Shown here in pieces: positions 20,879 to 31,212 of a stretch of 64,000 bases of DNA. The position numbers were made by a program, and so were the translations under genes. Source of the stretch: Trichomonas gallinae (lineage: Eukaryota). Position 1 is the stretch's first letter. Each line of letters begins with the position of its first letter. The notes under the pieces were generated by a model. That model was not told the DNA's origin and did no database searches. It saw only the letters and a list, made by a program, of their open reading frames with translations. Where the stretch lies: assembly GCA_008369845.1 (NCBI GenBank), contig MRSU01010312.1, positions 1-64,000 on the forward strand. Direction: 5' to 3'.

Positions 20879-23296
20879 TCATGAAATAACTTTGTGGAAT
20901 ATCACTGAAGCCGCTTCTAACGATTTCTCTGTGTTCTTAGTGAATGACCTGGCGAGGTATGAGACAACAGTAGGTATATCTAATTGTATTCCGTTGTTGT
21001 TGAATTTTCTAATGATGTCACCGAAGAAATTCGTGATGAGATTGAAGAGCATTCTATTGTTGTCTGGAATGGAATTCAAGAATATGTTAATGTCTTCACG
21101 CTGATCCCAGTTCCTCAGTGGTTCGTAAGGGAATAATGGATCTTTTGTGCACTCGATAATCGAAAACAGAACAGAGAATAATCCGTACTGTGTAAAATTC
21201 TGCGTGCTTACGTCTTTGCGCGATTTCAGGCTGTTAGCAATTGCCGTCATTTCTTCAGACTGTCCGGGCTTTGTGAAAATTTGCGGGTCATCGATAGACA
21301 GCTTGAGGGCTGTGAACAGGTTATTTAATTCCCAGCAATCGTTGATTCTCGCTGGATAATTCATGATCTGCGCCGTCTTGTAGTCTTTCGTGTCTCTAGG
21401 AATGAACAGTTCGCTTGGGAGCTTTGATAACTCACAGGGGAGCCTGTAGAGGTACTCGAGAGGAAGACCAATCAAAGACATGTTGAAGTGAGCTTGGATC
21501 ATGATGAAATTCGGGGGTTTTCCCGATGGATATGAAATCTTGAGGTATTTGACGATGTTTGATGTAATAACTGGGCTCTGAACTTGCGTTGAAATGTCAA
21601 TTGAGATAGAAACAAGTAATTCAATTTCGCGGTCTGGTAAAACTGTGGCTTTCGCTGGATGGCATGAGAGCCATGGCACATCCGTTAGTACGTGGAATAG
21701 TACTGGAATTTGGCCTTCATTGCGCAGTTTTACGATTTGAGATTTTTGTTCACCGAGATTAACTGTCTTAAAGTCGATAGAATCAGTATTGAGTAATGTC
21801 TTCCATTTAAGGACATCGACTTTAAGCATGATTTCTTCGTAGAGCTTCATTGCCTTGTCATGATCATTTCTCCAAACTCTGGCACCGAAATCGGCGGCAA
21901 CTGGGTGGTGATCACTCATCAACAGACCTTTGACAGAGTTATATGAGCGCTGCGTGATGAAAGGAATTGCTCCTGGCACGCGATGGAAAATTCTGTCACA
22001 CCAAGCTGGACCACGCTGTTTTGATGATGTATCGAGAGTTTCTGTACCTTTATCGAATTTGTATGTTGGACGGAATTTGATTTCCGCTTCATTGTATCCA
22101 ACGAATACTTTATTTTGTTTGTGGGAGAGAATAAGTTGGTCATGCTCAAGGAGGTAATTTGTTTCATTGAATTTCTCTCGAGATTCAACGTCTGAGAGCG
22201 TTAATCTGTAGTTAAAATCTCCGCACCAGAAAATTGCGTCGTGATCATCAACTCCGAGGTCGCCCATTGGTGTCTTGAACGTCATCTCGCTCTGAATGTT
22301 CCAGAATTCCGAGTTTCTACGTTCAAGATTCTTGCGGCCGTGCGAAAAGTGAGATGAAATGAAGCATAAGTTCGTGTCCAGATAAGAGAAACTGATTCCG
22401 ACAGCTGTCTTGTTGAAGAATCCCATGGCTCCAATAGTAACAGACGAAGTAGTTACGTTTGAAATCGAAGCAGGATCGCGGCCGAATACTGCAATGTATG
22501 AAGTACCGAGCTGGACACCTCCTATGTATGAATACGATTCGACGAATTTGCCTAACGCTTGAGCCAATCCTTTATCCCATGCTTCTTTTTTCTCTTTCGA
22601 ATCGCCATGCATAATGCAGTCCATAGACATATCGATCTCTTGGAAGCAGAAGACGTAAAGGTCATGGCGCTTCGTGGTATCACCGAGAAGTAAATTTACA
22701 TTTTCTGGTGGGAGTTTTTGGTCGATATTCCACGTTATCACTCTTATTGACTTCTCAAAATACTCGCGGAAGTTCTTTTCTTGCTGTACGAGCATGGCAA
22801 CGGCGATTGGGTCATTAATATGCGTACCGGATATACGTAGGATTGATTTGGACTCTTGGTGTCTGATTTTAGTGAGTCCACTAACGTATTTGTTTGCCGT
22901 TTCTTTGTTAAAGAAGCAGTCGAAGATTTCTTTATCTGATAATTTGTTACGAACTATTTCTGTGATTTTGGATGTAACCAATTTCAAGAACTGAACCATG
23001 TGTTGCTTTGTTTCAAACTCGATTGTATGTTCGACGGTTCCGTTCGAGAGAAGAATATATGGATATTGCGCAGTTATCGAAACTTTCGGCGATAATGGAA
23101 ACACATAACAGTACTTCTGGTATACGCTTCCGCAAGCCGAAAAATAAAGCGCAAAAACCCTTGGATCCTGCATCGGACATACGAGCGAAACGAACGAGTT
23201 ATTCAGCTCCTTTTCGCATAAAACCCTGCAGGGGAATGAGTTTATCGCTCGTAGCTGGACAGGTTTAGTGTCTAGACTGCCTAGCGATGATTGCAT
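20879..23296 (-). CDS. OCRL/INPP5B-type inositol polyphosphate 5-phosphatase (catalytic, ASH and RhoGAP-like domains)
   Basis: ITWNI, FQEID, WCGDFNYR, PTYKFD, PAWCDRI and SDHHPV; then ASH-like IDFKTV...KLRNEG and a helical RhoGAP-like tail. Confidence 0.9.
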   Translation of the reverse strand: MQSSLGSLDTKPVQLRAINSFPCRVLCEKELNNSFVSLVCPMQDPRVFALYFSACGSVYQKYCYVFPLSPKVSITAQYPYILLSNGTVEHTIEFETKQHMVQFLKLVTSKITEIVRNKLSDKEIFDCFFNKETANKYVSGLTKIRHQESKSILRISGTHINDPIAVAMLVQQEKNFREYFEKSIRVITWNIDQKLPPENVNLLLGDTTKRHDLYVFCFQEIDMSMDCIMHGDSKEKKEAWDKGLAQALGKFVESYSYIGGVQLGTSYIAVFGRDPASISNVTTSSVTIGAMGFFNKTAVGISFSYLDTNLCFISSHFSHGRKNLERRNSEFWNIQSEMTFKTPMGDLGVDDHDAIFWCGDFNYRLTLSDVESREKFNETNYLLEHDQLILSHKQNKVFVGYNEAEIKFRPTYKFDKGTETLDTSSKQRGPAWCDRIFHRVPGAIPFITQRSYNSVKGLLMSDHHPVAADFGARVWRNDHDKAMKLYEEIMLKVDVLKWKTLLNTDSIDFKTVNLGEQKSQIVKLRNEGQIPVLFHVLTDVPWLSCHPAKATVLPDREIELLVSISIDISTQVQSPVITSNIVKYLKISYPSGKPPNFIMIQAHFNMSLIGLPLEYLYRLPCELSKLPSELFIPRDTKDYKTAQIMNYPARINDCWELNNLFTALKLSIDDPQIFTKPGQSEEMTAIANSLKSRKDVSTQNFTQYGLFSVLFSIIECTKDPLFPYEPLRNWDQREDINIFLNSIPDNNRMLFNLITNFFGDIIRKFNNNGIQLDIPTVVSYLARSFTKNTEKSLEAASVIFHKVIS

Positions 23297-23358
23297 GTTT
23301 TACTGTTATATCGTCTTTTGACATTTTTTTCATTTTTCTTGAAACCGAATTTTGACCA

Positions 23359-23583
23359 AAAAGTGACAGATAGAATTCTCAAATTACCAAAAGTGACAAT
23401 GACAAATGATGAAATCATAAAAGTGACAAACATAAACCATTCAAATTCATAAATGTGACAATTAGAAAAATGACATTTACAAAAGTACCAAATATAAAGT
23501 ATTCAAATATCCAAAAGTGACTATAATAAAAGTGTCATCTATAAAAGTGACAATCATAAAGTATTCAAATTTCTAAAAGTGAC
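23359..23583. promoter_or_regulatory. Phased array of AAAAGTGAC (Trichomonas Motif-2-like) elements upstream of the 5-phosphatase gene
   Basis: Exact copies at 23359, 23389, 23419, 23513, 23543 and 23575; variants at 23451, 23481 and 23528. Confidence 0.75.
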
Positions 23584-24056
23584 AATGTCAAATTTTTATA
23601 TTTATTTACATAAAATAATTTTTGGCAAGATATTGAATATAGTGCTATATTTGGGCTTTTTTGATAAATGCTCATTGATGAGACTAATTTGGCGTAAATT
23701 CAATTTTAATTTTTGGCAATTGTTTGAAATCACATCATTTATACAGTGTAAACACAATACATAACTTGTACTAAGGCTATTTGTAGCTTTCTTTTTTCGC
23801 GTATTGAGTTCAAATTCATTGAATTCTGTAATCTATTGTTTTTTACCTTATATTTGAGGGAATCGACATAAAATAGAAATATAGTCTACATACAGGACTT
23901 GTTTATATGAGCAAATCGTATTATAACTGTAGTTTTACATCATGAAATTTACTTATTGTTGCCTGTAACGTTATCTGAAATGAGCAAAGTGTTTTTTCGC
24001 GTTTAAAATATGAGTCTGAATACGAAACCGTATAGTTTACAAACAATAAGAAAAAA

Positions 24057-26180
24057 TTAATTATTAAACAGTGTTTGGCAGAGGTATTCTATGTTATATC
24101 TATCAGACAGGGTCTTAAGGACCTCAGCATTATCATTATGAGGCAAATCTATGAAATCCATTGTCCATCTTCTTTCATAAGATGAATTTATTGATTCTGG
24201 AGGTTCGTCAGTTTCAGTTTGTGTTGGCTCATCTGATATCATCTCATCTATAGATGTGTCTAAGTATTCCTCAATATATTCTTCTTCTGGATATTTTTTA
24301 TCAATGAGCTGTTGCCATTCATTCATATACGGGCATCTAATTCCCATAGAAGAAGGTTTTTTGAACAAATTCTTGGTCTTTTTAACTTGACTTTCTGAAA
24401 TTAATTTTAATTCTACAAGATGCTTAACGTCAAACTCAGGGAATTGGACGCAAGTAGCTTCTTTTCTTGAAGTTAGGAACGAAATCAAGTCATTAAAAGT
24501 TTCACTCTGTTGAATATCATTCTTATCTAGCAAAACAACTCTTAAATGCTTAATTGTTGGAAGAATCGTGTATATTTTAGACATTAAGGATGATCCAAGG
24601 TTGTTATTCGATATATCGAACCTTCTTAAAGTCTTAGAGTTTTTCAATTTCAAAATTATTTGTCCATTTACTGGTCCTAGTTTATTATTTGATGTTCCGT
24701 GGAAATCTAATAATTGTAGAGCAGGATGCTGCGCGACAACATCTAGAAGCCTTGTTGCGTGTATGTTTGGACAGCCAGCTATAGAAAGGTAAACTAAATT
24801 TGATGACTTTTCGATGAAGTCAGCGAAATTCTGATGTACTGGATTTTCACGCCAGCCTAAACAAAGCAAATGCGTTGGATTAAGTTGATTAATTGTCTTA
24901 AAGACGGAGTCCCAGTCATTGTCAATTAGCCTAGCACCTCCTAGATGCAGAGAGATCTGACTTGGCGCTGATGTTGCCACTTTTAGTAAATTGGCAAAAT
25001 TGTTTTCATTCCATTCTATGTTTTCTAGAACTAATCTCGACATAGAAAACGGAAGATTGCATTTTTCACTGATTTTCTCTGTAGCGAAGTTATAGCTCAA
25101 GTCGACAGCTTCAATCCTTGTCTTGCTGTATAATGATAACTGATTTAAAAAGTTGCCGACATCTACTCCACATCTTCTTAATTGCAAATGTGTTATATTC
25201 GTGAATTCTCCCACGTGTAGAGGATTCCTGTAAATGTTAATGCTCTGTATCTTCAGTTTAGTGATATTGGTGCCGTGCTGTGATATCATCTCGACGACTA
25301 GATTGATGTGAGACAAAATGTCGCATTTAATCATTGATAATAAATCAATTCTGTGGTCTTCTATGAAAGATGAAATAGCCTGGACCTTGTGTGAGCTGAG
25401 TTTGATGTTTTCGAAGCATAGGGAATTGATGAACGTGCCGTTATTGCTTGAAATCGCGAGAAATATTTTTTCGAAAATTTCATCTTCCATTTCTTGCGAG
25501 AAAATTAACGTTTGTATAGTTGAATTCAATGTAATGTATTGAATAAGAACATCAGATTGTGATTTATCTAATTTATGATCAATCATCAGTTTATCTATTA
25601 ATATTTCTAGTTCACACGCAGCTAGAAATACTGCTAAATCTAATTTGTTTTGAATAGCATATGAGATTTTCAAAAATTTCGGTCGATCAGAAACATATTT
25701 TCGAATATACGAAATTTCTTCGTTTGTTGCTGGAATTCCAGTCCAGAACTTCTTAGCTCTGTATCTTTCAACAATATTCGGATATCTGTCTTTCGTAGGC
25801 GAAGCTGGACCTAATTTTGTTTGAAGTTTTGGAAATTCATGTGGTAATAGAATCCATCTGAGATTTAGTTCGATTGTCTCTAAAACTAAGTCATTTGGAG
25901 CGCTAATAAATTGCTGAGAATCATTTTCGTAATTTAACACAAGAATGTTGTTATTTTGTCTTTCGCCTGATTTCAATGTGTTTATTGTATGTGATGAAAG
26001 AATTTCTAATGGTTGTGGAGCTTCATTTGGCTTGAAAACATAAATCGAATATTCTGTAACCAAAAGAATAACTTTAACTTGCTCTTTGTCGATTATCTGC
26101 ACTGATGGTTGAAGAAGGAGAGACTTTTCTTTTGAAAAATCAATGAGTTTTTGAATTTCTTTCGTCAGCGCATTATCCAT
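24057..26180 (-). CDS. RNI-like leucine-rich repeat protein (CARMIL-like PH-LRR architecture)
   Basis: LRR motifs AVDLSYN, YLSIAGC, RFDISNNNLG and VLLDKNDI; PH-like N-terminus; ATG at 26180 (track uses TTG 26219). Confidence 0.75.
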   Translation of the reverse strand: MDNALTKEIQKLIDFSKEKSLLLQPSVQIIDKEQVKVILLVTEYSIYVFKPNEAPQPLEILSSHTINTLKSGERQNNNILVLNYENDSQQFISAPNDLVLETIELNLRWILLPHEFPKLQTKLGPASPTKDRYPNIVERYRAKKFWTGIPATNEEISYIRKYVSDRPKFLKISYAIQNKLDLAVFLAACELEILIDKLMIDHKLDKSQSDVLIQYITLNSTIQTLIFSQEMEDEIFEKIFLAISSNNGTFINSLCFENIKLSSHKVQAISSFIEDHRIDLLSMIKCDILSHINLVVEMISQHGTNITKLKIQSINIYRNPLHVGEFTNITHLQLRRCGVDVGNFLNQLSLYSKTRIEAVDLSYNFATEKISEKCNLPFSMSRLVLENIEWNENNFANLLKVATSAPSQISLHLGGARLIDNDWDSVFKTINQLNPTHLLCLGWRENPVHQNFADFIEKSSNLVYLSIAGCPNIHATRLLDVVAQHPALQLLDFHGTSNNKLGPVNGQIILKLKNSKTLRRFDISNNNLGSSLMSKIYTILPTIKHLRVVLLDKNDIQQSETFNDLISFLTSRKEATCVQFPEFDVKHLVELKLISESQVKKTKNLFKKPSSMGIRCPYMNEWQQLIDKKYPEEEYIEEYLDTSIDEMISDEPTQTETDEPPESINSSYERRWTMDFIDLPHNDNAEVLKTLSDRYNIEYLCQTLFNN

Positions 26181-26622
26181 ACAACCAAGAAATATGAAAA
26201 ATAACACAACAATCAACAATTTTTATCCATAAAAACATTAATACAACTGACAAATTACTATCAATCATTAAAATAAAAATATGTTTTTTATATTCAAATG
26301 CTATATAATTAATTTCACATTAAAATTCGTTCTATTATGGGGATATTTAGGGATAGTTTATGTGCTTAGGCATATTTGAATAAAAATTTGAAATTGATTA
26401 ACTTTATACATAATTACTAACAAATATATCATGAATACAATTGTTTTTCCCAATTGAAATCACGTTTCATACATTTTGATTCCAATTAGTAAAATTTGAT
26501 AATTTTTCAAATATATATAAAATGGAACTGAAAATACAATGCAATTCCATATAATAAACTCTCATTGATCACATTTTTTGGTTATTTTCAAGTTTTTCTC
26601 TGGTGGGATAAATAATAAAAAA

Positions 26623-29043
26623 TTAAACTTGCCAACTCAATGTATGTGTTCCATTTCCACGGACGAAGAGGACAGGAACAGGCATGATTGATATAAGAGA
26701 GAGCCACCTAGAGTAAATATTGCTTGGAATGTGAATCTTAGGGACAGGAAGTGAAATAATGACAGTTATAGCTTCGCCGGAATAAGTCCTTATTAAGTCA
26801 GACAAGAGCATGTACTTCTTCGTAAGCCCGTTGAAATCTTGGACGTTCTCTATGCCAGCTGTCATTTCATTCCACCATCTTGTGACTCTCTGGCTAGGAA
26901 TGGTTTCTGCTTCGCTCAAAGAAACAGCCATAACCTGCGCGTTGACTCTGAACTGCTTGAGAAGATGTCTGAGCTTCTTGTAGTGCTTCTGTGGGTTCTG
27001 GCCTAGATCTGTTTGAGAGACAGAGAAAACTCTCAATGGGCGACTGGAGCCAGCCAAAATTGAAGCGATGAGAAGACTCAAACCACCATCATCGAACAGC
27101 CACCACAAATCTATATAACCGAATCTTGTGAGTTTCATCGGGTTTCTGATCATGATGACGGACCACTGCATGTCAAGCACACTGTTGATGAAGTCAGTAC
27201 CTTCGTGTGACAGTGTTTCGTCGAATTCAGTGAAAGCGACATTGGCTCTCAAAGCTCCCAAACCAGTCAACAGCATAATCTTCTTGATGGCTTCAGTTTT
27301 GTTCTCAGCGATGACAGCTTCATAGAAGATGTTGTAGTCGTCGCCTGTTTTCATTGTCGAACAGTTTCTTTCGTTGATAATGTCTCTGATAGGTGTTCCA
27401 GGCTGGAACATTCTCGCGACAATAGCCATACCTTTTCCTTTCAGCATCTGGTCCATGAATGTGATAACATCTTGGTGACGTGCCGGAGGACCATCAATGA
27501 CAAGGACGACATTCGGTCTGTATAACTTAGGATGAGGAGGGATTCTTCTTAAATCCAGTGCCGCTCTCAGCGCTTTTTCGTAAGCAACAGAGTCATCCAA
27601 TGATCCCCAGTTCACGTTAAGTTTACTTCTTCTCTTCATAATCCAATACTGGCAAGCTATAGCGAATCCCCACGTTGATAAAGCGACGATCCAGTGAATG
27701 ATGAGCATAGAACCAAGCATCAACAATCCAGCGACCAAACTGACATAAGGATGATACAATTTAAACGTCGGCCTGAAGCTTGGCACATTCGCTGTTCCTG
27801 CGAGATAAATGGCGTAGTTAATATATGTGAAAACCATCAAAAAGAGCATAGTTCTAATGAAGGAGATTGTGTTGAGGTCTCCCCATAGACATAAAGCACA
27901 AGCAACAATTGTGGCTATAGTTAAAGCCCAGTCGCCGAAAAATTTAGGAAGAATTCCATCACCTGCCAAACATCTCAAAGCCATCGGACCAGTACCTAAA
28001 CCAGTGACACCCTTGGCTATAACTGATGTTGCAATGGCAGTGAAAATGATTGGCCACCAGATTCCTGTCTCCTGAATTGGAGATCTCCATTTTTCTGTTA
28101 ATCCTGTTCTTGTGTGGCAGCCTGTAATTGTCAGTGTAGTCAAAAGATAGATCGTTGTGCCTGAAACAAGGGCTGTAATCGTTCCTAAAGGAATTGATCT
28201 TTGCGGTCTCTTTAAAGCGCCTGATCCATTTGAACCAGCGAGGATGCCACCGAAAGCAGGGAAAATAATTGAAAATGTGTAGAAGAAATTTATCGCATTT
28301 TCGTGAGTTTTCCAATTTAGCTCAAATCTTGAAGATGAACAGTCAATGATATCATGGGCTTTTGTAACATATGGGAAGATCAATCCAAGTATATATGCTA
28401 AAAGTCCAACCATGATGATGAAAAATGTAACAAATCGAATTTCGAAAGTATAACGCGATAAATATGCGACAATTATTGTCAAAACGAATGCAATAAGTCG
28501 TTTGTCCCAGTCTTTCGTTATCAACGCCTTCGGTGAATATAAAATGACAATTGTTTCGGCGAGACCTATGTGAGCTGATGCAGCACCGTGCATATTGGCA
28601 ATGGCGAGGATAATACCTGCCGTTCCTCCGAAAGCAGGTCCCAATGTTCGAGAAATTGTATAATAAGGTCCTCCTGTTTCGATTTCACCGTTTGTTGCCA
28701 TGGCGGCAAGCGAAAACAGTGTAATTAAAACGAGAAGGAATGAAATTGAAAGTCCTAAGAATGTTAATTTGCCGCCTGCAACTCCAATAACGTAAGGAAG
28801 ACGAATATAGTATATAATATTGATGATATTGACGAAACTAGGGCAAAACACACCGATAAATGTGCCTCTCGTGTGCGAAGCTCCAGTCTGTTGAGGTGGC
28901 TCAAATTTATTTGTCTTTTTGCTTGTAGAAAGCTTCTCGGAATTGCCATGTCCAGCATATATAGATGACGTATTTGTCGTAGTTGTAGTTGTAGTGTTTT
29001 CTGTGCTGACACTGTCGAGCTCTGCCTCAGAAGTGTCTGACAT
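26623..29043 (-). CDS. SLC12-family cation-chloride cotransporter
   Basis: GTFIGVF.P, MATNG...GGPYY.ISR.LGP.FGG, FP...GILAGSN.SG.LK.PQRSIP.GT, IDLWWL.DDGGL and LFVRGN; ATG at 29043. Confidence 0.93.
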   Translation of the reverse strand: MSDTSEAELDSVSTENTTTTTTTNTSSIYAGHGNSEKLSTSKKTNKFEPPQQTGASHTRGTFIGVFCPSFVNIINIIYYIRLPYVIGVAGGKLTFLGLSISFLLVLITLFSLAAMATNGEIETGGPYYTISRTLGPAFGGTAGIILAIANMHGAASAHIGLAETIVILYSPKALITKDWDKRLIAFVLTIIVAYLSRYTFEIRFVTFFIIMVGLLAYILGLIFPYVTKAHDIIDCSSSRFELNWKTHENAINFFYTFSIIFPAFGGILAGSNGSGALKRPQRSIPLGTITALVSGTTIYLLTTLTITGCHTRTGLTEKWRSPIQETGIWWPIIFTAIATSVIAKGVTGLGTGPMALRCLAGDGILPKFFGDWALTIATIVACALCLWGDLNTISFIRTMLFLMVFTYINYAIYLAGTANVPSFRPTFKLYHPYVSLVAGLLMLGSMLIIHWIVALSTWGFAIACQYWIMKRRSKLNVNWGSLDDSVAYEKALRAALDLRRIPPHPKLYRPNVVLVIDGPPARHQDVITFMDQMLKGKGMAIVARMFQPGTPIRDIINERNCSTMKTGDDYNIFYEAVIAENKTEAIKKIMLLTGLGALRANVAFTEFDETLSHEGTDFINSVLDMQWSVIMIRNPMKLTRFGYIDLWWLFDDGGLSLLIASILAGSSRPLRVFSVSQTDLGQNPQKHYKKLRHLLKQFRVNAQVMAVSLSEAETIPSQRVTRWWNEMTAGIENVQDFNGLTKKYMLLSDLIRTYSGEAITVIISLPVPKIHIPSNIYSRWLSLISIMPVPVLFVRGNGTHTLSWQV

Positions 29044-29535
29044 TGTTAAATTATGAAATTTTATGCGAAGTAATCTATTACTGAGCCTATAAAACACCCA
29101 AAAATCCGATTAAATCACTAAAATTCGCCAACTTTCAAAAATTTACGCGAATTTGTAATTTCAAGCAAAATAACTTTATATACATTAATATCTCAGTCAG
29201 ATATATAGTTTTGCGCAATTAAATTTCATTTTTTTGAAGATTTATTCATAATCATTTTTATTATTTCATTTTTTTATATATTTTCTACGAGAAAAGTGAA
29301 ATAATATAAACCAAACTATTTGATTTTATGCTTAAATGAATAGAAAAATTTTACAAAAAAGTTAAATTCTTCGTATATATTTTTCTTAATTTATTTATTT
29401 TTCCATCCTATATTTTTCAAAAATTAATTAATAATCATATATTATAAATGCTAACATATCTATGTTATAAATATAATTAAATTTTGATTGTTGGAAGGTT
29501 CACTTTTTTGGCGATTTTTTGGTCGAGAATCAAAA

Positions 29536-30966
29536 ATGTTGAGGTGTGCATTGAGTGGACAAGTTCCGAAAACTGCTGTTGCAACACCGCAAGGAATAAT
29601 ATACGATAAAGACACTATCGAGAGCTACATCAGACAGAACCCAGTATGTCCTGTTACTGGCCGTCCTTTGACTTTGGCTGATTTGATTTTGATACAGACG
29701 AATATTCCTGAAACACACGCGCAGACAAACAGATCTTTATCGTTCACTGATTACCTTTTTTCTATACAAAATCAATGGAACTCAATGCAAACGGAACTTT
29801 ACGAAATGCGAAGAAAATTACGAGCGTGTGAGCGCGAAAAAGCACTTGCTTTGTATGAAACAGAAGCTGCTAAGCGAGTAATTGCAAGAATTTTGGCAAA
29901 CGGACAAGAAAAAATCGTTATTCATCCAATTTCAAATCAAAAAATCGAAGAAGGCACATTTTCTAGTTTCATCAAGGATGTGTCGCATCAGTACTTCGTT
30001 AAACTCAATTTCCAAAACGATTTCCATAATCAATTTTTCTCTCCTTCAACAAACATCTTACAAGGCTTAGCTTCCTATAGATTATATCATATTACTTCAG
30101 TATTGGGTGGATCAGGTGAATTTACTTGCATAGATCAATCCATTGATTCTAAATTACTGATTGGAACTTCTGAAGGCACAATCGTTATTTACGACGTGCA
30201 CACACGCTCTGTTATTCATCAGATACAGGCTGGTTCATCTCCTATCACTTCAATTCGTGGAACTCAGGATTATAGTTTTATTGCAACAGATTCTGAAGGA
30301 AACATCTATTTCTATAACAACTACAGTGATGATAGTCATGCTTCAATATTTGAAACCCATAATTATATATTAAATATATTTTTCCATCCACAATATCATC
30401 ATATCGTTGTTATTTACAAGAATGGATTCGATGTTATACAAATAAACAACAAAGAGAAAGTAATTCACTTCGAAGTTCCAAGAGAAATCAGTAAATCATC
30501 AATTCACCCTGGAGGGAGGTATTTGGCGATTTCTTTCGTTGATTTACCAATCATTTCATTGTATGATTTAAGCAGCGAGCAACTTTACTTGTGTGACATT
30601 GACACAGAATCAGAAATTTACGATTTGCATTTTAGTCCGAATACTCTTCACATTTCAGCGTCAACATCAAATGGAATGTTCTTTGCTGTTCCTTCCTCAC
30701 TCTCTGATGAGATCACAGCTGATTTTCAGACATTCAGTTTCGTATTTCCAACTAAATCACATTGTTGGCATTCAAATGGCGTCATTATCGCATCATTTGG
30801 TGAATCAGAGTCTCATGTTTTCATGATAACCGATCCAGTAAACATCAATGTCTCAGAATCCATCAAATTCCCAATTCAATCTCGACCAACTTCATCATTA
30901 TTCGGAAACTCAAGTTATTTCATTACTGCAATAGGCCCACAAGATGAGCTCCAAATCTTTATTTAA
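29536..30966 (+). CDS. PRP19: Prp19-like splicing factor (U-box, tetramerisation helix, WD40)
   Basis: CALSGQVP...G.IYDK..IE.YI....CPVTG.PL, Q.QW.S...E.YE.R and ALYE.EAAKRVIAR; WD-like C-terminal half; ATG at 29536. Confidence 0.88.
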   Translation: MLRCALSGQVPKTAVATPQGIIYDKDTIESYIRQNPVCPVTGRPLTLADLILIQTNIPETHAQTNRSLSFTDYLFSIQNQWNSMQTELYEMRRKLRACEREKALALYETEAAKRVIARILANGQEKIVIHPISNQKIEEGTFSSFIKDVSHQYFVKLNFQNDFHNQFFSPSTNILQGLASYRLYHITSVLGGSGEFTCIDQSIDSKLLIGTSEGTIVIYDVHTRSVIHQIQAGSSPITSIRGTQDYSFIATDSEGNIYFYNNYSDDSHASIFETHNYILNIFFHPQYHHIVVIYKNGFDVIQINNKEKVIHFEVPREISKSSIHPGGRYLAISFVDLPIISLYDLSSEQLYLCDIDTESEIYDLHFSPNTLHISASTSNGMFFAVPSSLSDEITADFQTFSFVFPTKSHCWHSNGVIIASFGESESHVFMITDPVNINVSESIKFPIQSRPTSSLFGNSSYFITAIGPQDELQIFI

Positions 30967-31212
30967 TACTTTTCCCTTTGTTTATATTGTTATATAAAAA
31001 TTATTTAATTAAATATCGTTTTTTATCCTTTTCAACATTACAACATTTATATAACATACATAAAACAAACAAATATTAAATATATTATACGAAAAAATCA
31101 TAATTTAATTTTGATCAAATTTTATTAACAATTTCATATCAATTATGTTTGTGGATATGATCTTTTATGTCATATAAAGGCTGATTATTGTGTTAAAAAG
31201 CATAATTTTCGT

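Noticed and set aside
23359..23583. CRISPR-like repeat/spacer appearance
   Set aside because: The repeat core is only 9-10 nt, spacers are related to each other, the context is eukaryotic, and there are no cas genes.
3095..30966. Splicing cluster (U2AF35, intron-containing gene, Prp19)
   Set aside because: Separated by many unrelated genes; co-location is consistent with chance.
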